Part shown: positions 16,850-24,626 of the stretch, one piece after another
Layout of the letters: every line of letters begins with the position of its first letter
How positions within the stretch are numbered: the stretch's first letter is position 1
Assembly (NCBI GenBank): GCA_009778715.1
Contig: WRFR01000001.1
Span: forward strand, 111,428-143,427
Reading direction: 5' to 3'
DNA from: Coriobacteriia bacterium
GTDB lineage: Bacteria; Actinomycetota; Coriobacteriia; WRKU01; WQUG01
DNA: 32,000 nucleotides
Translations under genes and position numbers: made by a program
The notes under the pieces: generated by a model
Databases searched by the model: none
Told to the model about the DNA's origin: nothing
What the model saw: the letters and a program-made list of their open reading frames with translations, nothing else

Positions 16850-17074
16850 CTCTCTCTTTCCTTCCTCTTTGTTGCAGCGTTTCCCAGCCTCGCCCGCTGC
16901 TGCTGTTCCCAATCGCCTTGTTGGTTTCCGTAGAACGAGGCACTTGAACAGCTCCAAATTCAAAACTTACTGCGGCTCCCACCAGCCGCTGTATTTACCC
17001 GCAGGGTCGTGGAAGGGGGGAATTTGACCCTGTACCGCCTGACATGTTCTTCCTTCCAAAAATCTCATCCTGAA

Positions 17075-18121
17075 TCAGTCCTTCCAAATTAGTTGGCACA
17101 TAAACTCGCCATAGTCGTTGCTTATGAAATGTTTCACAAAACCACCGAGTGTTTTGGCTGGACACACGTCAAGATATGTCGTAAGCTTTTCCGGTAAAAT
17201 CTGCCAACCAAGACGCCTGGCGAGATGAGAAATATATGAAATTATCCATCCGAGTTTTGCGTCAGTATCGGGGAGATTTGAGGTAAGGTCGTTACTGGTA
17301 ATGTACTTGCGCAGCAACCGCACAACTTCTTTGCCTTGCTCGTCGTCAACAACGGCAGGGCGTATCATGGCCACGAAGTCGTTTGTGTATCTCTTTTCGT
17401 TTTGTTGTGAAACCGCTCTTTTGCTCTTTTCTGAGGGTCGCACCAAAGCACCTTCTTGGGTACTAGAGGTAAAGTGCTCTTTACCATATAAGTACTCTTT
17501 ATTAGTAAGGGGTTCAGGATCTGAACACCCGGTGTTCAGGATCTGAACACCCCCCTCAGAAACGGGCAGGTCAGCAGGGGTGTTCAGGATCTGAACACCC
17601 CCCTCCAGACATTTGTTCGTATCGGGATAATCTGTAGTACCTATCTCTAGATCAGTAACAGCCTCAACACATTCCGGCACGTAATTAAACAGCGCATTGA
17701 TAGGGTCTACGAGCACCCAGTAGTTAGTGCCGCCATCCGGATTTTGGCGTGTCTGGGGGATCCGTTCGTAGTCAATTAAGCCAACCGTCTTAAGCCGAGT
17801 TACAGCTTCTGAAGCCGCACCTTTAGAGATCCCGAATTTTGTAAGTCGTGATGTTGAACCGGTATAAGAACCGGACGTGGTGCCTTCTGTTAGATCGGGC
17901 CGGGAATAGCCGTAGATAACAGCATAGACAGTCAACTCTGAAGGCTTGAGATGATAAATACTACGAAGCGACTTGTAAGTACACCAGACCGATTTATCAT
18001 CACGGGTCTCAAAGCGATCACGAGTCATCCAGGTTTCGGTTTGCCAATAGTCACGCTGATTAAAGACCGTCGATATAAGTAGCTGTTGACGATCAAGCCC
18101 TGTGCTTGCCAGACCAGACAT
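17075..18121 (-). CDS. Winged-HTH DNA-binding protein, putative replication/transfer initiator of the element
   Basis: The N-terminal half reads LKPSELTVYAVIYGYSRPD..GSYTGSTSRLTKFGISKGAASEAVTRLKTVGLIDYERI (wHTH-like). It is the first gene of the train and contains palindromic DNA repeats encoded as EGGVQILNT x2. Function is inferred. Confidence 0.5.
   Translation of the reverse strand: MSGLASTGLDRQQLLISTVFNQRDYWQTETWMTRDRFETRDDKSVWCTYKSLRSIYHLKPSELTVYAVIYGYSRPDLTEGTTSGSYTGSTSRLTKFGISKGAASEAVTRLKTVGLIDYERIPQTRQNPDGGTNYWVLVDPINALFNYVPECVEAVTDLEIGTTDYPDTNKCLEGGVQILNTPADLPVSEGGVQILNTGCSDPEPLTNKEYLYGKEHFTSSTQEGALVRPSEKSKRAVSQQNEKRYTNDFVAMIRPAVVDDEQGKEVVRLLRKYITSNDLTSNLPDTDAKLGWIISYISHLARRLGWQILPEKLTTYLDVCPAKTLGGFVKHFISNDYGEFMCQLIWKD
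17509..17605. repeat. Three copies of a 21-bp palindrome GGTGTTCAG-GAT-CTGAACACC inside the initiator-like gene (candidate iterons, operator or oriT)
   Basis: The copies lie at 17509-17530 (one mismatch), 17531-17557 and 17579-17605. The last two share 27 identical nt. Each centre contains GATC. Confidence 0.85.
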
Positions 18122-18257
18122 ATCTTCGCGCCTCTCTAACAGGCCAGAACCACCTCCGGATCATCGCGAATGTCTGATAATATATATTATGTTAATTATT
18201 GAATTATGTACCTGAGCAGGGGTTTCTTCCCTCCAGCGTATAGTAAGTGATGCGTTA

Positions 18258-18956
18258 TCAGGATGAAAAAGTCAGCTGCCCTGCCTTGATAAGATGGACA
18301 ACACCCAAAAGGCTTTCCAACACCTGATCGGCTTGTTCGCGTATCCCGGGTGTTGGCTGCAGTACATCGGGCACCATGATCACATAGGCGCCTGCGCCAT
18401 GGCCCGCCTGTACGCCAGCAAATGAGTCTTCCAATACGAGACACTGCTGGGACGCTACCCCAAGGCGCTCTGCAGCCATTAGGAAGATATCAGGAGCTGG
18501 CTTGCTTGCGGGCGCCTGGTCTCCCCCTACGACCACCTGAAAATATTCCTCGACCTGTGCGCTTATGAGATGCTCTTTAACTCGTTCGGTCCTCGTCGAG
18601 CTTGCAAGCGCACACGGTACACTCTTATCCCGCAACACGCTCAACAGCTCGATCAAACCAGGTTTCTTCGGAGGACCCTGATTCCTGATGTAATCACGAT
18701 CCAGCTCCCAGAAACGCGCTTCAATCGCACGATAGGTTGCTTTGTCGCCCGCGCACATCTCAGAAAATATTTTCTGCGTTTCCTGATGAGTCTTACCGAT
18801 CGCCTGCGTATACCGCTCCATACTCAAGGGCTCACAACCGAACTCAGCGCCCGCCTGATTGAGTAATCGCCATCCCAGACGCTCCGTATCAAACATCAGG
18901 CCGTCCATGTCAAAAATGACAGCAGCAAGCGTGGCTACATCGCGCATTTCAGTCAT
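18258..18956 (-). CDS. HAD-superfamily hydrolase (beta-phosphoglucomutase-like subfamily)
   Basis: Motif I is VIFDMDGLMFDTE. The typical HAD motifs ASS(T) and LVLEDSFAGVQAG are present. The protein is 232 aa. Confidence 0.85.
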   Translation of the reverse strand: MTEMRDVATLAAVIFDMDGLMFDTERLGWRLLNQAGAEFGCEPLSMERYTQAIGKTHQETQKIFSEMCAGDKATYRAIEARFWELDRDYIRNQGPPKKPGLIELLSVLRDKSVPCALASSTRTERVKEHLISAQVEEYFQVVVGGDQAPASKPAPDIFLMAAERLGVASQQCLVLEDSFAGVQAGHGAGAYVIMVPDVLQPTPGIREQADQVLESLLGVVHLIKAGQLTFSS

Positions 18957-20137
18957 GTTTTGGCCTCCTCTTGCAGCCTTGTCGCTGGCAAAACCAGACG
19001 CAACAAAATGGGCGCCGCTACCGTGGCTACAATAATGGCGATTACGATCGCTGAGTAATACGTACGGGAAAGTATCCCGCTACTTAAGCCCAGAGTGACA
19101 ATAATGAGTGCCATCTCTCCGCGCGGTGTCATGCCAGCGCCAATGCGCAACGCGTCAGCATTCGAGAACTTCCCCGCCTTTGCTCCCAATCCTGCGCCCA
19201 AAAGCTTACTGACCACGGCGGCCACGCAGAGTACAACGATCAGCAACCAGGAATCCTTCAGGCCCATGAAACGTAGTTGGAGCCCAATACTCGCGAAGAA
19301 AACCGGAATGAAGCAGAACGAGCCTAACGCTGAGACCTGCTTCTCAGTCACGTCGATATTGATCGGTGTGTCAGTATCAGAGATGATGAGCCCGGCAAAA
19401 AAGGCGCCCAGCGCAGCACTCAGACCACAAAGATAAGCCACATAGGCAAACGCCAGGCAGATGACAAGAGAGACCAGGGTCTCCGCCCCCTCCATCGGAA
19501 TACGCGAAGACAAGGAAAGCAAAGGCCGGATCAGCCATTCGGCGCATACGAACAACCCGACTGCAAACAAAGCGATCATGCCCAGCACCATCGGGAGCGA
19601 CGTCGCAGGAGCGCTCCCCTGCCCCACCACCGGGAAGAGGACCATGAACACCGACACCAACAACACGGCGATGATATCATCGATGACCGCCGCGCCCAGG
19701 ATAGTGGCGCCCAAAGAGGATCGCAGGTGGCCCATCTCCTTAAGCGCTTCCACCGTAATCGAGACTGAGGTCGCCGCGAAAATGAGTCCCCAGAAGAGGG
19801 ATTCCGGGACAGCAATATGCCAGATCATCCCGATCAGGAAAAAACAGACAAACGGCACGATGACCCCGCCAATTGCCACGGTCAAGGCAGGTTTGAGATA
19901 GCGTTTGAGCAGCGGGATCTCCGCCTCAATGCCTGCCAGAAACATCAGAAGAATAAGGCCGATCTCGGCGAAATCAGTGATGATCGCGCCGGGGCGAAGC
20001 CAGTTGAGCACCGCTGGCCCCAGCAGTACGCCGACCAGCAATTGGCCCACAACCGCCGGAAGTTTGACTAAACGGAATAATGCTCCTACTATCGTCGAGG
20101 CTGCTAGGATCAATAAAAGCGAGACAACGATCTGCAT
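18953..20137 (-). CDS. Cation:proton antiporter (CPA2 / Kef-type Na+/H+ exchanger family)
   Basis: The 394-aa protein has about 11-12 TM helices and typical GPAVLNW..EIGLILLMFLAGIE motifs. Confidence 0.8.
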   Translation of the reverse strand: MQIVVSLLLILAASTIVGALFRLVKLPAVVGQLLVGVLLGPAVLNWLRPGAIITDFAEIGLILLMFLAGIEAEIPLLKRYLKPALTVAIGGVIVPFVCFFLIGMIWHIAVPESLFWGLIFAATSVSITVEALKEMGHLRSSLGATILGAAVIDDIIAVLLVSVFMVLFPVVGQGSAPATSLPMVLGMIALFAVGLFVCAEWLIRPLLSLSSRIPMEGAETLVSLVICLAFAYVAYLCGLSAALGAFFAGLIISDTDTPINIDVTEKQVSALGSFCFIPVFFASIGLQLRFMGLKDSWLLIVVLCVAAVVSKLLGAGLGAKAGKFSNADALRIGAGMTPRGEMALIIVTLGLSSGILSRTYYSAIVIAIIVATVAAPILLRLVLPATRLQEEAKT

Positions 20138-20139
20138 CG

Positions 20140-22275
20140 CTACATCATCTCATAAGGGTCGACATCAACTGCGATCTTGACACCCACGGGAGTCTTAATA
20201 CGTTGCAAGGCGGTTTTTACGATCGGACCTAAGGTGGTCTCAGGCCCGGACTTAAGCATCAGGTGGAAGCGCCAGAGTTTCTTGGCGCGCTCTATGATAC
20301 AGGGCGTGGGTCCCAGGATACGGACGCCAGCGTGTTGCAGCTCAACGTCAGCACGAAGCTCATGGCCCAGTTCTTCGGCGTAGGCAGCAACTTTCTCCTT
20401 ACCAGCCGAGGTCAGAAGTATATTACACAGATGACCATAAGGCGGGTACTGCAAACCAGCGCGCAGGCGGCGCTCCTCACCATAGAGTCGTTCCTCATCA
20501 TGATGCGCGGCAGCGGTGATAGCTGACTCTTCGGGCAGATAGGTCTGTACGATGACCGTGCCCGGTAGATCAGCGCGCCCTGCACGTCCCGCGACCTGTT
20601 CAAGAAGTTGATAGGTACGCTCAGGTGCGCGAAAATCCGGCAGATTCAGCGTGATATCAGCCGTAACAACACCGACCAGAGTCACGTCCGGGAAGTCCAA
20701 GCCCTTGGCAATCATCTGCGTGCCTACCAACACCCCGCTCTCCAGTTCTTGAAACTCACGGAGCAATTCTTCGTGAGCGTGAGCGCCGGTGGTCGTGTCG
20801 CGGTCCATACGCACAATGGGCCAGTCAGGGATCAGGCGCCGCAGCTCCTCCTCGACTTGTTGGGTCCCGACCCCGAACTTGCGTAAATAAGGCGACCCAC
20901 ATTCAGGGCACTTGTCTGGCACGCGCAGGATCGCGTTGCACTGGTGGCAGCGTAAAGTATTATCAGTCGCATGAAATGACAGCGATGTCGAACAACTCTC
21001 GCAGTGCGGCACATAGCCGCACTCCCGGCACAGTAAAAATGAGGAGAAACCGCGCCGATTGAGCAGCAGCATCGCCTTCTCTCCCCTGTTGTGTACGTCT
21101 TTGAGCGCCTGCTTCAGCTGCGTAGAAAACATCGAACGATTGCCACTTTCAAACTCGCGCGTCAGATCGACGATGCTGACCGGCGGAAGAGGCTGGCCAT
21201 TCACGCGGTGTCTGAGCGTAAGCTTGCAATAGGGCAAGACCGTATTACTCCCCCGCTCTGCGGCCTGCAGACTTTCGAGTGAGGGGGTTGCGCTTCCAAG
21301 GACCAGCACGGCGCCATGCAGCAGAGCCAACCGCTCAGCCACCTCGCGCGCATGGTAACGTGGCGAGTTGTTTTGCTTATAGGAGCCGTCGTGCTCCTCA
21401 TCAATGACGATAAGGCCCAGGTCATGATGTGGCGCAAAGAGCGCAGATCGGGCGCCCACGACTACCGGAGCCTCACCCGAGCGAATACGCTCGAACTCAT
21501 TGGCGCGTTGGCGCGGCGTCAGGCGTGAGTGAAGTACGGCCACCCGGTCGCCGAAGCGAGAACGATAGCGCCCGACAGTCTGAGGCGTCAGCGATATCTC
21601 GGGCACCAGCGTCAGGGCCGTCTTACCTGATTGGAGTGTTTGCTCGATGGCTTGCAGGTAGATCTCCGTCTTGCCCGAGCCGGTGACCCCGGCGATCACA
21701 AAAGCTTTCGCTTCGCCTTCCGTCATGGCCGGACTCAGCGCCGCCAACGCTGCCTCCTGCTCTGTACTCAGGTGCTCCGGGCGCTGAGCAGTCATTATGC
21801 GCATGAAAGTCTTATCGGCCGTCTGAGAGCTTCCTGTGGCCTCAGCAGGGGTTTCTTCCGCGCCGCTTTCTGACTCCCGCACCCCACTGCCTTTTTTCTT
21901 GCGCGATTTAGCTGGCATGACTACCTCATAGCCAGCTTCGTCACTTTTCCTGAGTTTTGGTAACAGCGCAGGCGCCAGGAACAGGCGCAAACAGCTTATA
22001 AGAGGAGCCGCATAATAGGACGCCATCCAGGAAGCAAGTTCCAGGGTTCTCTCATCAAATACCTGCCTTACCAACACCTGCTCGATTGGCTTTGTGTTTT
22101 CATCAGGCATCGCCCAGATCTCGCAACCGACCACATAGCCCAAAGCCGAACGCGAGCCAAACTCGACCAGAACGCAATCTCCGAGCTGGGGCGCAGGCTT
22201 ATCCCCCGTCCAGCTATACGAAAACGGCGCGTCAAGCGCGCGCGCCGGAATATCAAGTAAGACCTCTATCAGCAT
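20140..22275 (-). CDS. priA: Primosomal protein N' (replication restart helicase PriA)
   Basis: Walker A is GVTGSGKTEIY and the DEAH-like box is IDEEHD. The Cys-rich zinc region reads CRECGYVPHCESCSTSLSFH..CHQCN..CPECGS. Confidence 0.92.
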   Translation of the reverse strand: MLIEVLLDIPARALDAPFSYSWTGDKPAPQLGDCVLVEFGSRSALGYVVGCEIWAMPDENTKPIEQVLVRQVFDERTLELASWMASYYAAPLISCLRLFLAPALLPKLRKSDEAGYEVVMPAKSRKKKGSGVRESESGAEETPAEATGSSQTADKTFMRIMTAQRPEHLSTEQEAALAALSPAMTEGEAKAFVIAGVTGSGKTEIYLQAIEQTLQSGKTALTLVPEISLTPQTVGRYRSRFGDRVAVLHSRLTPRQRANEFERIRSGEAPVVVGARSALFAPHHDLGLIVIDEEHDGSYKQNNSPRYHAREVAERLALLHGAVLVLGSATPSLESLQAAERGSNTVLPYCKLTLRHRVNGQPLPPVSIVDLTREFESGNRSMFSTQLKQALKDVHNRGEKAMLLLNRRGFSSFLLCRECGYVPHCESCSTSLSFHATDNTLRCHQCNAILRVPDKCPECGSPYLRKFGVGTQQVEEELRRLIPDWPIVRMDRDTTTGAHAHEELLREFQELESGVLVGTQMIAKGLDFPDVTLVGVVTADITLNLPDFRAPERTYQLLEQVAGRAGRADLPGTVIVQTYLPEESAITAAAHHDEERLYGEERRLRAGLQYPPYGHLCNILLTSAGKEKVAAYAEELGHELRADVELQHAGVRILGPTPCIIERAKKLWRFHLMLKSGPETTLGPIVKTALQRIKTPVGVKIAVDVDPYEMM

Positions 22276-22403
22276 AGTTCAATTATAACAAGCGCCCCGG
22301 ACAAGATTGCTGCTCGCGGTATTTCTATGCATCGTCTGATTCTGGTGCTATGATAACGCTCTGAGGATTGCACTGAATCCATGATCTGAGAAGGAGGCTC
22401 CCC

Positions 22404-22628
22404 ATGGAACTGTTCTATTTTCCCGAGTGCCCGTTCTGCAACAAAGTACGTGCCTATATGGCCGAGAACAATATCGAACTCCCCCTACTCAACGCTCATG
22501 AACCGGAAAACGAAGCGCGGCTTATCGAGCTTGGTGGCAAACGCCAGGTCCCTGCGCTCTTACATGATGGCGAGATCCTCTATGAGAGCTACAATATCAT
22601 CGCGTTTCTAGAAAACCATCGCTCATAG
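22404..22628 (+). CDS. Glutaredoxin-like small redox protein
   Basis: The 74-aa protein has a CPFC active-site motif near the N-terminus and RQVPAL (cis-Pro region). An SD GAAGGAGG lies upstream. Confidence 0.75.
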   Translation: MELFYFPECPFCNKVRAYMAENNIELPLLNAHEPENEARLIELGGKRQVPALLHDGEILYESYNIIAFLENHRS

Positions 22629-22667
22629 GTTTAGCGACTATAAGCAAACCAGACTTAACGCGCAGAT

Positions 22668-22997
22668 TCAGCGGCGATAATACTGTTGGAGATCATAGAG
22701 AGCGTGCTTCTTGCTATCATCGTGTTTGGGCTCTACCTGGATGGCGGCTAAAATTCCAGCCGCAACCGCTCCGATCAGTAAATAACCGGCATATTTAAGG
22801 TCCTTCTTCATGACCATTTTCTGAGTGGCGGACCCACAGGCTGCGCAGTAAGGCACATCGACGACCGCGGTCGCATCGAAGGTCGTCTTGCCCGTGTCAT
22901 GATCAGCCGTACTGTGGCGGTCATCATAATGCTCCCGCTCGTAGATACCGAATATCACGTGCTGGTCGGTCTCTTTCTGGCAGTACTTGCATTGCAT
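22668..22997 (-). CDS. Hypothetical zinc-ribbon protein with a C-terminal TM helix
   Basis: The 109-aa protein has CKYC...CAAC pairs and a hydrophobic LLIGAVAAGILAAI segment. An SD AAAGGAGGATCC precedes the ATG. Confidence 0.6.
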   Translation of the reverse strand: MQCKYCQKETDQHVIFGIYEREHYDDRHSTADHDTGKTTFDATAVVDVPYCAACGSATQKMVMKKDLKYAGYLLIGAVAAGILAAIQVEPKHDDSKKHALYDLQQYYRR

Positions 22998-23093
22998 GAG
23001 GATCCTCCTTTGGATGGTCAGATCTCATCACATGCTTTCTGAAACTATTATCTCTTAGAAATAAGGGGAAAGAAAACAATGTTATAGTAGCAA

Positions 23094-23276
23094 CATCATC
23101 AAGAGGCTGGTTAAGCGCTTGTGTGGCGTTTTCCGGCAGTTGGATCGAGGGACCGAGCCCGATGACATCCCGGCAACCGACGCACAGAAGCGCGCACGGT
23201 GCCCCTTCTCGGCAGCTTTGGCTGGAAGATGACTTGTACGAAATGTACCCTCGCTCCCAGCCGCGAGGGTTTTTTG
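23094..23276 (+). promoter_or_regulatory. SAM-I (S-box)-like riboswitch leader of metK, ending in an intrinsic terminator
   Basis: The core elements appear in the correct order: CAUCAUCAAGAG ... GGAUCGAGGGACCGAGCCCGAUGACAUCC CGGCAACC ... GGUGCC ... CAGCuuugGCUG ... GAAGAUGA (the P1 3' side pairs with UCAUC). An extra hairpin at 23106-23137 sits in J1/2. The element was not folded computationally. Confidence 0.55.
23248..23276 (+). terminator. Rho-independent terminator (expression platform of the metK leader)
   Basis: The stem is CCCTCGC-tcccagcc-GCGAGGG, followed by TTTTTT. It ends 52 nt upstream of the metK ATG. Confidence 0.7.
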
Positions 23277-23327
23277 TTGCGCGAGGTGGCCCCCGGGCCG
23301 CAAGCGCTGACGCAGAGGAGGATCATA

Positions 23328-24560
23328 ATGGCACAGAATTACTTGTTCACATCCGAGAGTGTGACCGAGGGGCATCCCGATAAGATCTGCGACCAAATAT
23401 CAGACGCAATACTTGATAGCATCCTGAAAGATGAGATCCGACGTGAGGCCGACCAACCGGGAGGCCTGGAGCAGGTCCGCTGTGCCTGTGAGACCTTCAC
23501 GACCACTGGCCTGGTCGTGGTGGGTGGCGAGATCCGCACCCGCGCTTATGTAGACGTGGATACCACCGTGCGCCGCGTCATAGATGAGATCGGTTACAAC
23601 GATGCGACCTATGGCTTTGACTCGAAAACCTGTGGTGTGATCTCCACCCTGCACTCGCAGAGTCCTGATATTGCGATGGGTGTCGACGAGAGCTTCGAGT
23701 ACCAACGCGGTGAGGGCTGTGATGATCCGCTTGAGGGTATCGGAGCAGGGGATCAGGGCATGATGTTCGGCTATGCCTGCACGGATACCTCACAGCTCAT
23801 GCCGATGCCGATCTATTTAGCGCATCGCTTGGCCGAGCGCTTGACAGCGGTACGCAAAAGTGGGCAGTTGGGTTACCTGCGTCCTGATGGCAAGACTCAG
23901 GTATCCGTACGCTACGAGGATGATCGCCCCGTTGCCGTCGAGAAGATTCTGATCTCTTCCCAGCATGCCGACGGCGTTGATATCGAGTCTCAGATGAAGC
24001 CGGATTTCATCGAGCAGATTATTCGGCCCGTCTTCGAGTTGGAACACTTGGATTTCTCTAATGCGGAGGTCTACGTAAACCCTACGGGTCGTTTTGTCAT
24101 CGGCGGACCGATGGGCGACTCGGGTCTGACCGGGCGCAAGATCATCGTCGATACCTATGGTGGCTTCGGGCGCCATGGCGGCGGCGCGTTCTCGGGAAAG
24201 GACTGCACGAAGGTCGATCGCTCAGCGGCCTATGCCGCGCGTTGGGTGGCCAAGAATGTCGTGGCGGCTGGCCTGGCGCGGCGCTGTGAGATCCAGCTTG
24301 CCTATGCCATTGGCGTGGCAAAGCCGTTCTCGATCATGGTCAACACTTTCGGGACCGAGGAAGTTGCCCCCGAGGCGATTGAAAAGGCAATCGACGAGGT
24401 CTTCGACCTGCGCCCCGGTGCGATTATCCGCGACCTCGACCTGCGTCGCCCGATCTTCCAGAAGACAGCGGCCTACGGTCACTTTGGCCGCCAGGAGGAA
24501 GGGTTCACCTGGGAGCAGTGCGATCGTGTCGATTCGCTGAAAGCAGCTGCCGGAGCATAG
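23328..24560 (+). CDS. metK: S-adenosylmethionine synthetase
   Basis: The sequence starts [26 protein letters not shown] and contains [12 protein letters not shown] and GGGAFSGKD. The ATG at 23328 follows GAGGAGGA. The track start at 23199 lies inside the riboswitch and is rejected. Confidence 0.95.
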   Translation: MAQNYLFTSESVTEGHPDKICDQISDAILDSILKDEIRREADQPGGLEQVRCACETFTTTGLVVVGGEIRTRAYVDVDTTVRRVIDEIGYNDATYGFDSKTCGVISTLHSQSPDIAMGVDESFEYQRGEGCDDPLEGIGAGDQGMMFGYACTDTSQLMPMPIYLAHRLAERLTAVRKSGQLGYLRPDGKTQVSVRYEDDRPVAVEKILISSQHADGVDIESQMKPDFIEQIIRPVFELEHLDFSNAEVYVNPTGRFVIGGPMGDSGLTGRKIIVDTYGGFGRHGGGAFSGKDCTKVDRSAAYAARWVAKNVVAAGLARRCEIQLAYAIGVAKPFSIMVNTFGTEEVAPEAIEKAIDEVFDLRPGAIIRDLDLRRPIFQKTAAYGHFGRQEEGFTWEQCDRVDSLKAAAGA

Positions 24561-24626
24561 TTACCTGATCGATAAAATACCAAGTGTTATGGTAGTAATC
24601 GTATAAATCGTTTTCGAGGAGTGATC

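Larger units (their letters stand above)
1..18210 (-). mobile_element. Segment of a conjugative element (ICE or integrated conjugative plasmid): Gram-positive-type T4SS plus leading-region/anti-restriction genes. The left end lies outside the window and the right end is approximate.
   Basis: About 17 consecutive minus-strand genes have overlapping or abutting start/stop codons. They include VirB4, VirD4, VirB6-like, PrgI-like, a cell-wall hydrolase, SSB, ArdC, orphan methylases and a topoisomerase. Housekeeping genes (priA, metK, gltX, metG) begin right of ~18.26 kb. An AT-rich junction lies at 18174-18210. Confidence 0.8.

Noticed and set aside
18215-18230. 16-nt identity AGCAGGGGTTTCTTCC between the element junction and priA (21844-21859)
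   Set aside because: A single 16-mer match in 32 kb is within chance expectation. A repeat inside priA makes no sense as an att partner, because the matching end of the element lies off the left edge.
19095-19901. Plus-strand ORFs (113 aa and 146 aa) within the antiporter gene
   Set aside because: These are antisense to a clear polytopic transporter gene. Their composition is biased (Ser/Thr/Pro/Ala) and they have no motifs.
23199-23327. N-terminal extension of metK given in the ORF track (start at 23199)
   Set aside because: The extension runs through the riboswitch-like leader and its terminator. The canonical MetK N-terminus [12 protein letters not shown] starts at 23328, directly after GAGGAGGA.
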